From Octopus vulgaris (Eukaryota), in assembly GCA_951406725.2 (NCBI GenBank), contig OX597817.1:40796001-40860000 (forward strand): DNA of 64,000 nt. Reading direction: 5' to 3'. A program made the translations under genes and the position numbers. The notes beneath the pieces are model-generated. The model was not told the DNA's origin. It was given only the letters and a program-made list of their open reading frames with translations, and searched no databases. Shown here piece after piece: positions 47,293-59,321 of this stretch (its first letter is position 1; each line of letters opens with the position of its first letter).

Positions 47293-48718
47293 TAGGAAGA
47301 ATGTCTTCAGGAAGATGGCCCTGCTCGATGTGTAGAAAAGGTGTAGGTAGAAACTCTATAAGATGTACCCAATGTAAGCTATGGACACATAAGAGGTGCA
47401 GCAATGTCAAACGAAGGCTAACTGGGAAGATAGTTTTTGTATGTGGCAGATGCTCGGGAGCATTAACCTCTGAAAATCTGCAGAAAACAACATCCATCAC
47501 TTTCCAGGGGGAAAAACTAGAAGTAGTTGATAGCTTCCGTTATCTTGGTGACCAAGTCAGTAGTGGGGGGGGTGCTGAAAGTGTAACGGCTAGAGTAAGA
47601 ATAGCCTGGGCAAAGTTTAGGGAGCTCTTACCTCTGCTGGTGACTAAAGGCCTCTCGCTCAGAGTAAAAGGCAGACTATATGATGCATGTGTACAAACAG
47701 CCATGCTACATGGCAGTGAAACATGGGCCGTGACTGCTGAGGACATGTGTAAGCTCGCAAGAAATGAAGCCAGTATGCTCCAATGGATGTGTAATGTCAG
47801 TGTGCATGCTCGACAGAGTGTTAGTACCCTGAGAGAAATGTTGGACCTAAGGAGCATCAGTTGTGGTGTGCAAGAAAGACGTTTACGCTGGTATGGTCAT
47901 GTGGCGAGAATGGATGAACATAGGTGTGTGAAAAAGTGCCAATCCCTAGCAGTGGAGGGAACCCGTGGAAGAGGTAGACCCAGGAAAACCTGGGACGAGG
48001 TGGTGAAGCACGACCTTCGAACTTTAGGTCTCACTGAGGAAATGACCAGCGACCGAGACCTTTGGAAATATGCTGTGCTTGAAAAGACCAGGCAGGACAA
48101 GTGAGTCCAGCCCACTTATGCATGCCTTTCCTCCCTTGGACACACAAAGACCTGTTGAAGCAAGCGAAGTCGATATCGAACCTCATCCGACGACAGGCAC
48201 CTATGCCAAACCCCCTTTGCTTGCGAAGACCTGTTGGGGCAAGTGAAATCGAAATCGAAATCGGAATCGAAATTGAACCAATCCTATGACTGGCACCCGG
48301 CAGATGCCAGGACCCCTGGACTGGAGATACGTAAAAAGCACTATCCGAATCATGGCCGATGCCAGCGCCGCCTCGATTGGCTTCCGTGTCGGTGGCCCAT
48401 AAAAAGCACCATCCGAATCGTGGCCGAAGCCAGTGCCGCCTTGACTGGCTTCCATGCTGGTGGCATGTAAAATGCACCAATCCGACCGTGGCCGATGCCA
48501 GCCTTGCCTAGCACAAGTGCAGGTGGCACATAAAAAGCACCCACTACACTCACGGAGTGGTTGGCATTAGGAAGGGCATCCAGCTGTAGAAACATTGCCA
48601 GATAAGACTGGAGCCTGGTGCAGCCTTCTGGCTTCCCAGATCCCCGGTCGAACCGTCCAACCCATGCTAGCATGGAGAACGGACGTTAAACGATGATGAT
48701 GATGCTTATGATGATGAT
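47293..48718 (+). mobile_element. 5'-truncated RTE LINE: PHD finger, RT thumb/C-terminus (to 48104), 3' UTR and (GAT)n
   Basis: CSMC..CTQC..HKRC..CGRC, FRYLG, HGSETW, RLRWYGHV, RGRPRKTW; inserted in (TA)n. Confidence 0.93.
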
Positions 48719-48797
48719 ATATATATATACTTATGTACATACAAACATGTATCTATGTTTGTATGTATGTACATGCATATATATGTGTGTGTGTATG

Positions 48798-49005
48798 TCA
48801 TCATCATCATCAGCAGCAGCAGCATTTAACATCTGCTTTCCATGCTAGAATGGGTTAGACAATTTGACTGAGGAGTGGTGAACCAGATGGCTGCACCAGG
48901 CTCCAATCTGATCTGGCAGAGTTTCTAAAGCTGGATGCCGTTCCTAATACCAACCACTCCGAGAGTGTAGTGGGTGCTTTTACGTGCCACCAGCACAGGA
49001 GCCAG

Positions 49006-49010
<5 letters not shown>
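48798..49010 (-). mobile_element. RTE tail fragment
   Basis: Reverse-complement tail family. Confidence 0.82.
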
Positions 49011-49062
<52 letters not shown>

Positions 49063-49439
49063 GCAGTGAGAGAGAGAGAGGGAGCGGAGACAGAGTGAAA
49101 GAGACAGAGAAACTGAGAGCTAGACACAGGTATGACTGCATGATTAAGAAGTTCACTTCCCAACCAAATGGCATCCTGAGCGAGTATCTTTTACTAAAGC
49201 CCCAGGTTAACCAAAGCCTTGTGAGTGGATGTGATATATGGGAACTGAAAGAAGCCCATCATATATGTTTTCCAAAATGGAGACAAATAGCTTTCTCCAT
49301 GTGATTGGCTTGAAAAATTGTTAAAACACTGGAATATTTTCCTACTTTTCTTAACATGAAACCAATGGTAGCCTTAATTCACGAGTAAAGAAATTATATT
49401 CACCAATGCAGTGTTGAGCACTCGTTTTCATTGTTCAAC

Positions 49440-49810
49440 AGGCATCATGAAGGCTGTGACTGAGACCTTTGGCATTATGGCATGCTTCAGAAGAAGACCC
49501 ATCAACCCGAGCAAAATTACAGTCATGGCAGATACTGGTGTCACACAAATTGGCCCGTGTGCCAGTGGCAAGTAAAAGCAGCCTGGTGTTATGTAAATGG
49601 CACCTGTGCCGGCAGCACATAAAAGCACCCGTTGCACACTTGGAGTGGTTGGTGTTAGGAAGGGCATCCAGCTGTAGAAAACCATGCCAAACCAGACTGG
49701 ATTCTGGTGCAGCATTCCAGCGTGCCAGCCCCGCCAACCGTCCAACCCTTGCTGGCATGGACAACGGACATTAAATGATGATGATAATGATGATGATGAT
49801 GATGATGATA
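49440..49810 (+). mobile_element. Older RTE 3' UTR/tail
   Basis: GGAAGGGCATCCAGCTGTAGAAA and (GAT)n. Confidence 0.8.
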
Positions 49811-49920
49811 TATAAATATGGCATGAATTCAGTATTCCTTCATTCTATCTGTTACATATGAGTCTGTGTCGGGCAACTGATGATATCATGAAAAATGCAA
49901 TTTATCAATGCTTTTTATAG

Positions 49921-49979
49921 AGAGCACTTAATCATATTCGGCAAACTTTAGATAGTGTCAAAATATATCTTCAAACAGG
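49921..49979 (+). pseudogene. Candidate 59-bp exon
   Basis: GCTTTTTATAG acceptor, GG/GTATGT donor. The single open frame RALNHIRQTLDSVKIYLQTG is in phase with the exon ending at 46689. Confidence 0.55.
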
Positions 49980-50344
49980 GTATGTCTGGAGTCATCATGT
50001 TCAGTATGATTAAATGCTGTCCGTAAATTGCATTTGTAATATAACATCATCAATTATCAAACACAGAAACATACGTAACAGTTGTAATAAAGAAACACAA
50101 AATTCATGTTTCATGTTGTTTTGTCATAATAGATGTGCTCTTTGTATAGTGTTATAGCCCTGTTCAGACAACATAGAATTCTGTTGGATCTTGCAGTAGA
50201 TGCAATTTAGCATAATTACTATTAAAGCCACAACTAAACGGTAATTTTGTCATTCACCTAGCACCATCAATTTCCACTTATATATATATATATATATATA
50301 TGCATGTTTGTGAGTGTGTGTGTGTGTGTGTATATGTATATATA

Positions 50345-50390
<46 letters not shown>

Positions 50391-50401
50391 TGTATATATA
50401 T

Positions 50402-50800
50402 TTGCTTGTGAAGATATGTTGGGGCAAGCGAAATCGAAATCGAATTGAACCAGCCAGGATCCCTGGTCTGGTGGTACGTAAAAAGCACTATCCGACTTGT
50501 GGCCGATGCCAGCGCCGCCTCGACTGGCTTCCGTGCCGGTGGCACATAAAATACACCAATCCGACCGTGGCCGTTGCCAGCCTTGCCTGGCATCTGTGCA
50601 GGTGGCACGTAAAAAGCACCCACTACACTCACGGAGTGGTTGGTGTTAGGAAGGGCATCCAGCTGTAGAAACATTGCCAGATAAGACCGGAGCCTGGTGC
50701 AGCCTTCTGGCTTCCCAGATCCCCGGTCGAACCATCCAACCCATGCTAGCATGGAGAACGGACATTAAACGATGATGATGATGATGATGATGATGATGAT
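50402..50800 (+). mobile_element. Young RTE 3' UTR fragment in (TA)n
   Basis: Nearly identical to 21285-21680. Confidence 0.92.
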
Positions 50801-51190
50801 ATATATATCGCAAAAAAATTTCAAATTTTATTTAATTTGATTTTCGCGGGAAGGATTGTTTCATTAAAGTCATGTATCGCCTTGACCTTCGAAACGTGGA
50901 GTAGATGAAACAAAGGCGACTGAAGAAGGGGAATTTTCCTTGTTATGTATGTCCTTTTACTCTATTTTTTCGTTGTTTAAGAAAAATGTCCATTTCCTTG
51001 GTTTTGTGTTTATATTTTCGTTTCTCATTGTGTTCGACGTTTTTTTGGTGTCTTGTATCCATATATGCTTGTATATATACATGTAGAGGTAGGTACGTAC
51101 ATATATGTATGTATGTATGCATATGTTTTATTTATTTATTAATTTATTATATGACGGAATGCACGCATCCATTTCTAAGTAAGATTGTTC

Positions 51191-51224
<34 letters not shown>

Positions 51225-51227
<3 letters not shown>

Positions 51228-52846
51228 TCATCATCATCATCATCATCATCGTTTAACGTCCGTTCTCCATGCTAGCATGGGTTGGACGGTTCGACTGGGG
51301 ATCTGGGAAGCCAGAAGGCTGCACCAGGCTCCAGTCTTATCTGGCAATGTTTCTACAGCTGGATGCCCTTCCTAACGCCAACCACTCCGTGAGTGTAGTG
51401 GGTGCTTTTTACGTGCCACCTGCACAGGTGCCAGGCGAGGCTGGCAACGGCCACGGTCGGATTGGTGTATTTTACGTGCCACCGGCACGGAAGCCAGTCG
51501 AGGCAGCGCTGGCATCGGCCACAAGTCGGATAGTGCTTTTTACGTACCACCAGTCCAGGGGTCCTGGCTGGTTCAATTCGATTTTGATTACGCTTGCCCC
51601 AACATGTCTTCGCAAGCAAAGGGGGTTAGCATGGGTGCCTGTCGTCGGATGAGGTTCTATATTGACTTCGCTTGCCTCAACAGGTCTTTGTGTCCAAGGG
51701 AGGAAAGGCATGCATAAGTGGGCTGGGCTCACTTGTCCTGCCTGGTCTTCTCACGTACAGCATATTTCCAAAGGTCTCGTTCGCTGGTCATTTCCTCAGT
51801 GAGGCCTAAAGTTCGAAGGTCTAGCTTCACCACCTCGTCCCAGGTTTTCCTGGGTCTACCTCTTCCACGGGTTCCCTCAACTGCTAGGGATTGGCACTTT
51901 CTCACACACCTATCTTCATCCATTGTCGCCACATGACCATACCAGCGCAATCGTCTTTCTTGCACACCACAACTGATGCTTCTTAGGTACAACATTTCTC
52001 TCAAGGTACTAACGCTCTGTCGAGTATGTACACTGACATTACACATCCATCGGAGCATACTGGCTTCATTCCTCACGAGCTTACGCATGTCCTCAGCAGT
52101 CACGGCCCATGTTTCACTGCCATGTAGCATGGCTGTTCATACACATGCATCATACAGTCTGCCTTTTACTCTGAGCGAGAGGCCTTTAGTCACCAGCAGA
52201 GGTAAGAGCTCCCTAAACTTTGCCCAGGCAATTCTTATTCTAGCAGTTACACTTTCAGCGCACCCACCCCCACTACTGACTTGGTCACCTAGATAACGGA
52301 AGCTATCAACTACTTCTAGTTTTTCCCCCTGGAAAGTGACGGAAGTTGTTTTCTGCAGATTTTCGGAGGTTAATGCTCCCGAGCATCTGCCACATACAAA
52401 AACTATCTTCCCAGTTAGCCTACCTTTGACATTGCTGCACCTCTTATGTGTCCATAGCTTACACTTGGTGCTTCTTATAGAGTTTCTACCTACACCTTTT
52501 CTACAGATCGAGCAGGGCCATCTTCCTGAAGACATTTGTGGATTGTCTACCTTCCTACTTATTAGTACTTTGGTTTTAGCTAGGTTGACTCTAAGGCCCC
52601 TCGATTCTAAACCCTCCTTCCACACCTGGAACTTCTCCTCCAGTTCTGATAGTGACTCAGCAATTAGAGCAAGGTCGTCAGCATAGAGGAGCTCCCAGGG
52701 GCAACCTGTCTTGAATTCCTCCGTAATTGCCTGGAGGACTATGATAAATAGGAGGGGGCTGAGTACTGAACCCTGGTGGACCCCAACCTCTACTTCGAAT
52801 TCTTCTGTGTACATGTTGCCAACCCTAACCTTACTTACGGCATCTC
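51225..52846 (-). mobile_element. 5'-truncated RTE LINE: RT core, PHD insert, C-terminus, 3' UTR; in-frame stop at 52137-52139
   Basis: GVHQGSVLSPLLF, YADD, GLRVNLAKTK, PHD, FRYLG, RLRWYGHV. Confidence 0.94.
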
Positions 52847-52884
52847 TATATGTGTGTGTGTATGTATGTATGTATGTATGCATG

Positions 52885-53780
52885 TCATCATCATAATAAT
52901 CATGGTTTAACATGTGTTTTCCATACTGGCATGAGTTGGATGGTTTGAATGATGACTGGCAAGCCAGGAGGCTGCACCAGTCTCCAGTCTGTTCCAGCAA
53001 GGTTTCTACAGTTGGATGCCCTTCCTAAGACCAACCACTCCGAGAGTGTAGTGGGTGCTTTTCACATGCCACCAGCATGGGGGCCAGTCAGGTGGCACTG
53101 GCAATGAGCATGTTTGTGCCTTTTACGTGTCTCTGGCACAGGAGCTAGTCAGGCAGCACTGGCATTGACCATGCTTGAATAGTACTTTTTATGTGCCACC
53201 GGCCCCAGGAGCCGGTCATGTGGGACTGGCATTGGCTACACTCGAATGGTGCTTTTTACATGCCACAGGCATGGGTGCCAGTCAGGCAGCACTGGGACAG
53301 GTGATGACAACGATTTCACTTAATTCAACAGGTCTTCTCAAGCACAGTATATTGCCCGACAATTGAAGGGTACTTTTAAATGGGCCAGTTATACAGCATT
53401 GGCATCAACCGTTGATAGGACCTCACTTGGCTTGCCAGGTCTTCTCAAGCACAAAATATCTCCAGAGGTCTTGGTCACTTGTCATTGTCTCTGTGAGGCC
53501 CAACATTTGAAAGTCGTGCTTCAGTACCTCATCCTAGATCTTCTTGGGTCTACCTCTTCCACAAGTTCCCACCACTGTTAGGGTGTGACACTTCTTCACA
53601 CAGCTGTTCTCATCCATGTGCAACACATGATCATACTTGCAGTCATCTCTCTTGCACACCACATCTGATGCTTCTTATGTCCAACTTTTCTCTTAGGGTG
53701 CTTACCCTCTGTCATCTATGCAACTGACATTACACATCCATGGAAGCATACTGCCTTCATTTGCTTCAAGCCTACGTATG
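52885..53780 (-). mobile_element. Older RTE subfamily 3' fragment
   Basis: Degenerate match to the ORF end and tail of the 51225-52846 copy. Confidence 0.8.
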
Positions 53781-53787
53781 CATGTAT

Positions 53788-53831
<44 letters not shown>

Positions 53832-53857
53832 GTATATGTATATCATTTCTATCTTCA

Positions 53858-53858
53858 G

Positions 53859-53912
<54 letters not shown>

Positions 53913-53925
53913 TATCATCATCACT
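53858..53925. repeat. (CAT)n microsatellite (RTE tail, minus strand)
   Basis: Seen directly. Confidence 0.9.
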
Positions 53926-55199
53926 ATTGTCATTTTAATATATGCTTTTTCGTGATTTCATGGGTCAGACAGGATCTGTTGTGGTAGATTTTCTAATGCC
54001 AGATGATCTTTGTGCAAGGCAATATTCTCCCTTGTTCAAATATGTTTCCACAGAAGACTAGAAACAAATGCCACTTGCAAGTATCATGTGATGTCAAAAC
54101 AAACACACACACTCACAAATATTTATCAAGAATGCAGTAGGGACAAAAAGACAACATGGGAGGGATAAGATTTAACCAATGTTGTACTAGTTTGATACAG
54201 AGTCTCAACGTTTCAGATGATAGTCCTTCATGAAAGAAAGATAGGGAAAAAAAATTTGTAAAGGTAGTTGAAGGAAAAGTAGATGAAGCAGATAAGGGCC
54301 AAGTAGGAATTCAGTTCTATGGGGAGATGTAAGAAAAAGGAGAGTAGTGCACGTGTTTATGAGGGTACCTATGTATAAAGATATATGTAGGGGAAGATGT
54401 GTGTGTGTGTATGGTTTGTTTGGGGTGTATGTAGGTGTGCAAGTATGGGAGTATATTGGGGTTGTGGGAAGATGGTGTGTGTAATTCTGTTGGATGTGAG
54501 AAGAAGGCTCACCTCATACCTTGCCAGTTCACACAGATACCTCATCACCACTATATCCATCTCTTCCCCTCCACCCTTCACCCTCTCTTCTAAAATGTGA
54601 GTGGCTATGTAACCTCTCTACAGCCAAGAACCTGTTTCGTTCTGGCCCATTCTTAAATATTTTAACTCCTCATTGTTTAGCATGAAGTTGCCTCCCTTAG
54701 GGTTCATTGTCTTGCAAGTTATATGGAAACTTGGTGGTATGTATTGGGGGCATGAAAAGGCACCCACTACACTCTGCAAAAAGGTTAGCATTTGGAAGGT
54801 AATACAGGTGTAGATATCATACCAAAGAAGACAGTCAAACACAATGCAGTTCTTGGTCGCATCAGTTCTTTTCAAACTATCCAAACCATACTAGCATGGA
54901 ACGTGGTGGTGGTGGTCGTCGTCGTCGTCATCGGGGTGTTTGTGGTAGTGGTGGTGGTGGTGGTGGTGGTGGTGGTGATGATGATATTGATGATGCTATT
55001 ATACACATTAGTATGCTTTGATGCAGTACACTTTACCTGATATTTCAGATTCAGTGTTTTGATCAACATTCTACTCTTATATCTATGTTATATTATCTAA
55101 GCAGTGATAGGTCAGATTGCTGTAAACAATGAGTTACATATTTGAATCATGACAAAAGCAATTACTTGTATTTTGAATACATATGTTTCAAGTGGTTAT

Positions 55200-56060
55200 G
55201 TAACAGGTCGTTTTGCAAATATATAGTCTCCTTAGTTGTGACATGTAAAACCCGCAAGCATATTTCTCCTCATACATTGTGAGAAGTGAAAGTGAAGTAG
55301 ATTCAGAATATTTTCTTAGAATATGCACTTTCAAGTCTTCTTCAAAATTGCAACCGCTTGAAACGAAATGTTAAGAAAGTTCTGTCAAACTATTGTTATT
55401 GTATCTGACATCGAATCTGTGCCCATTAAACCTTTTGTTAAATTGTTCTGTTGTGCAACCAACATAAATTAAGTTGTGTTTCATACATTCTGCAACATAC
55501 ACCAAATGGGAATCTTCACATGTTCCACCTTCTGTATAAATCATAACATCTCTGTTATCATTTCTGATGGAATCCACTTCACTCATGTTGTTGTACAATG
55601 AACATGGCTTATCTCTCTTGTGGCTGTTCTTTAAGGTACAGCATGTAGATACTCCAATGTTCGTTTTCTTGAAGTCAGATATAGAGGTCAATAATTCTCT
55701 TATATTCTTATTCTGTATGAGGAGAAATATGTTTGCGGTTTATTAACATCACACCCTGTAGGAATGAACAAGATGACAGGAGAATATCATCAAATTTATA
55801 CAAAACTGTTGATTAAATATTCTTCTTTCTCTCTTTTTCTTTCCTTTTTTTTCTGTTGTCTTCTTTTTTTCTGTCTTTTTCTTTTCACCTGTTATAAAAT
55901 TGTAACTTAAAAACTGATGATGTCATTCTATCAATGTGTGGATGCTGGTTGCCCTCGTTCATACTTTGCATTTAAATTTCTGTAATTTTGAATTTTTATC
56001 ACTTCTTATTTTGAACTTGACAAAGACATAAATATCTTAAAATCGAATCGTGCTCTTCAT
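55200..56060 (-). mobile_element. Penelope-like remnant: GIY-YIG endonuclease fragment plus inverted 3' segment
   Basis: CEDSHLVYVAECMKHNLIYVGCT...KRFNGH...LS*H (VY/YVG with C/H ligands); TGTATGAGGAGAAATATG(C/T)TTGCGG inverted at ~55250 and ~55714. Confidence 0.75.
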
Positions 56061-56105
56061 CTTGACTGTTTACCTTTGTGAAGAGTTACGTCAATCCTTT
56101 TTAAA

Positions 56106-56107
<2 letters not shown>

Positions 56108-56159
<52 letters not shown>

Positions 56160-56360
56160 TAATAATAATCATTTTCGCTATAGGCACAAGGCCTGAAATT
56201 TAAGGTGGGAGGTTAATCAATTACATTCACCCCAGTGTTCAACTGGTACTTCATTTATCAACCCTTAAAGGATGAAAGGCAAACTTGACCTCAGCAGAAT
56301 TTGAACTCAGAACGTGAAGACGAATAAAATGCCTCTAAGCATTTTGCCCAGCATGCTAAT
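56108..56360 (-). mobile_element. SINE family B with (AAT)n tail
   Basis: GGATGAAAGGCAAACTTGACCTCAGCAGAATTTGAACTCAGAAC core. Confidence 0.8.
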
Positions 56361-56756
56361 GATAACAATTCTACCATTATTGGTAATAAAAGTAACAGAC
56401 TTAACTTTAGATTAATAATGATGATGACATTAATGATGATAATGATATTAATGGTAATGATTATGATGATGATAAATGAAAATTACTAAACATAATGACT
56501 AAAAATGCCAGTTATAATGACAAGTGAAAACAATAATAACACTAATTAATGGTGTCAAATTTTGTCACGAGGCCAGCAAGTTTGATGAGAGGGCATTAAT
56601 CAATATCACCAACCTCAATACTGGACTAGTAATTTATTTAAAAACTGGAAATATCTACTCTTTTGACTGAATTACATGCTTGACATCTATAAAAAAGGAA
56701 CTAAATAAGAATTATAAGCAGACTAACATGACATCAGCATTAAGACAGGTCTGTAA

Positions 56757-57192
56757 TCTATTTCATCGTTAAAGTTGTCTTTATAAAGTTGTCTTTATAA
56801 ACCACCATTTATAAAGTTAAAGTTGTCTGTGGATGGCAGGTTTGGTAGCCTTCAACTAGCACTATCTCCTCTGAGGCCCTGTGGCACAAGTGGACCAAAA
56901 TTGAAAGTATGATAGAAGAAGGCTTGCTCTTCATTCCGTAAACGATAAAATTCAAATCGGACCGTGTTAACACCAAAAATTATTTACATCAAAAAGATGC
57001 TTTTTTTCTATGAAAATCCCTATTTTTTAACAATTTTTTTACTGCTGTGTCGCCATTTTTCGGTGTATTTCAACCAGAAAAATGTTCACTTAAAGAGAAT
57101 AACAAGTTACATAATGCAAAATTTTTACTTTCCAAAAATTCCAATTCTAAAGGGTTGAAACAAACCCAAGCAATGCCGGGCAATACTGCTAG
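56757..57192 (+). mobile_element. Non-autonomous Helitron-like element
   Basis: 3' CCCAAGCAATGCCGGG hairpin, then CTAG followed by T; candidate 5' A/TC start; no TSD. Confidence 0.6.
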
Positions 57193-57244
57193 TTACAAAT
57201 TAAAACTTGACAGTAGAACTGAAACTCTGCTATATGTAGACTTA

Positions 57245-57460
57245 GTCAATTAGTTAGCTCTCTGTGTGCCATGAGGCACATAAGGCCACAACATGATCTC
57301 TCCAACCAGCTCTGTTTTTTGATACTGTTCCATTCTCATTCCAGTCTCTCCTCCCTTCTCGTCTCCTTCCCTTGTGAATGGTCTTTCAGCATGTGATTTT
57401 AGGACATTCTGCTACTCTTTTCCCTTCATGCTACCATTTTAGTGCTGCCATACAATTGTT
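57245..57460 (-). mobile_element. Old RTE-like LINE 3' remnant (different family)
   Basis: AALKW..EGKR...RAGWRDHVVALCASWH-like C-terminus. Confidence 0.5.
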
Positions 57461-57476
57461 TTTTTTTTCCATTTTA

Positions 57477-58173
57477 TAATAATAATAATAATAATAATTG
57501 TGTACAGTGCTCAGGTGCACTACAACTCATCTAAAGTGTATATATAATCAGGTGTAGTTTCGGCGGATTTCGGAAAGCATGAGGGCCTTAAAGGATGCAG
57601 TGTCATGGCAGTCAACAACTGACGCAGGCAGTTTATTCCACGCTTCAGCAACCCTGAGCGTGAAAAAATGTTTCCGAAAGTCATGGGAGCTGTGCTGTTT
57701 TCTGACTTTGTAGGCATGTCCACGTGTGTTAGACACATGGAGATCAAAAAGGTGTTCAGTGTTGTTGTTGGTGAGGTGGTTGATAACCTTGTGGGTGTTT
57801 ACCAAGTCCGTCGCCAGACGCCGGAGCTTCAGTGAATCCATGCCCAGGGAAACAAGGCGCTCAGAATATGGTAGGTGTCTGATGGAGGGTATGCGTTTGG
57901 TTGCACGTCTCTGGACAGATTCCAGGAGGTCAATGTTCTGAGCAAGATAGGGATTCCAAACTGATGATGCGAATTCCAAGTGTGGTCGTACCATAGCTGT
58001 ACAGTTTTAAATAGATGGCTGGAGAGCGGCTAACAAAAGTCTTGCTGAGTGATGCCAAGACACCCTCGGCCTTCTTGACAATTTTAGAGATGTGCTTTGT
58101 CCAACGCAAATCACTGCTGACCATGATGCCTAGGTCACGCTCGCAAGAGGATTTCTTGATATCAGTGTTGTGG
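57477..58173 (-). mobile_element. CR1 3' fragment, same family as 38526-41544
   Basis: Near-identical to 38560-39235; (ATT)n tail. Confidence 0.93.
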
Positions 58174-58418
58174 ATGATATGTCTGATCCAGTTCTAGCAT
58201 CTACATCTACATCTACATCTTATTTCATTATTTAATCCTGTTGGTGCATGTTGTTGTCTCAATTATGTTATTTCAGACTTTTTGCAGCCACTTGTCAAGT
58301 ACTTTCCCTAAGAATTTGAAACGAACACTGTCCATTGTTTTTTAATTCCATTTTTGCCACTTTCCAGTTTTCACATCCATTGGCAGGGTTAACAAGTCAA
58401 TACTAGTAAAATTAGTGA

Positions 58419-58740
58419 AGGCGCGTGGCTTAGTGGTTAGGGCATTCGGCTCATGATTGTAAGGTCATGAGTTCGATTCCCGGTGGCGCGTTGTGTCCTT
58501 GAGCAAGACACTTTATTTCACATTACTCCAGTTCACTCAGCTGGAAAAAATGAGTTGTACCTGTATTTCAAAGGGCTGGCTTCGTCACACTCTGTGTCAC
58601 GCTGATTCTCCCTGAGAACTATGTTAGGGGTACGTGTGTCTGTGAATTGCTCAGTCACTTGCACATTAATTTCAAAGGGCTGGCTGTTCCTTTGATCGTA
58701 TCAGCTGGAGCCCTCGTTGTCGTAACCAACGGAGTGCTCC
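58419..58740 (+). mobile_element. tRNA-derived SINE
   Basis: GGCGCGTGGCTTAGTGGTTAGGG A-box, GAGTTCGATTCCC B-box, TGTGTCCTTGAGCAAGACACTT core. Confidence 0.85.
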
Positions 58741-58769
58741 TATATTAGTAGAATAATACTTGTTGTTAA

Positions 58770-58991
58770 CCCTTTTGATACCAAACCGCCTGAAACCACC
58801 TCAGGCTCTGTAGTACAATATCTTGTTTTCAAAAGTTCTGAATTAAAAATCTTCCACCAAACCTTAGTCACAATTTATGTTTCTAACACCAGCTGAATGA
58901 TAACTAAGTTGTTTTACTAAATTCTTTGTTATATTTAAAATTAATTGAAAGAAACACAGAGCATCTCAACAGAAATATGGTAACAAAAGGG
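58770..58991. mobile_element. piggyBac-type MITE
   Basis: TTAA-CCCTTTTGATACCA ... TGGTAACAAAAGGG-TTAA (13/14 TIR match, TTAA TSD). Confidence 0.85.
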
Positions 58992-59321
58992 TTAAGGTGC
59001 ATATAGATTTACACCAATGGGGATAATTCTGGGGATGTAGATAACTGGTTATGGAATCAAAAGAAAAAATGAAAGTACTTTTTTTTTTGACAATTCAATA
59101 GACAAATATTACACTTCTATCTTTCCAGTATTCTTAAATAAGGCATTAATTTTTGTTTAGAAAATTATGAATGTTAGTAACAATGAAGTAGCTATTACAT
59201 TAATCCCTCGACTGTCACGGGTGTTACATTCCCAAACCCCCCATGATAGGTGAGAATCTGCAAAGTAGAAACGGTACTGTACTGTATATTTTTTTATTAT
59301 TTTTATAATTTGTATATATTT

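Noticed and set aside
50880-50945. GAAAC...CTGAAGAAGG possible permuted hammerhead
   Set aside because: Consistent stems I and III could not be built.
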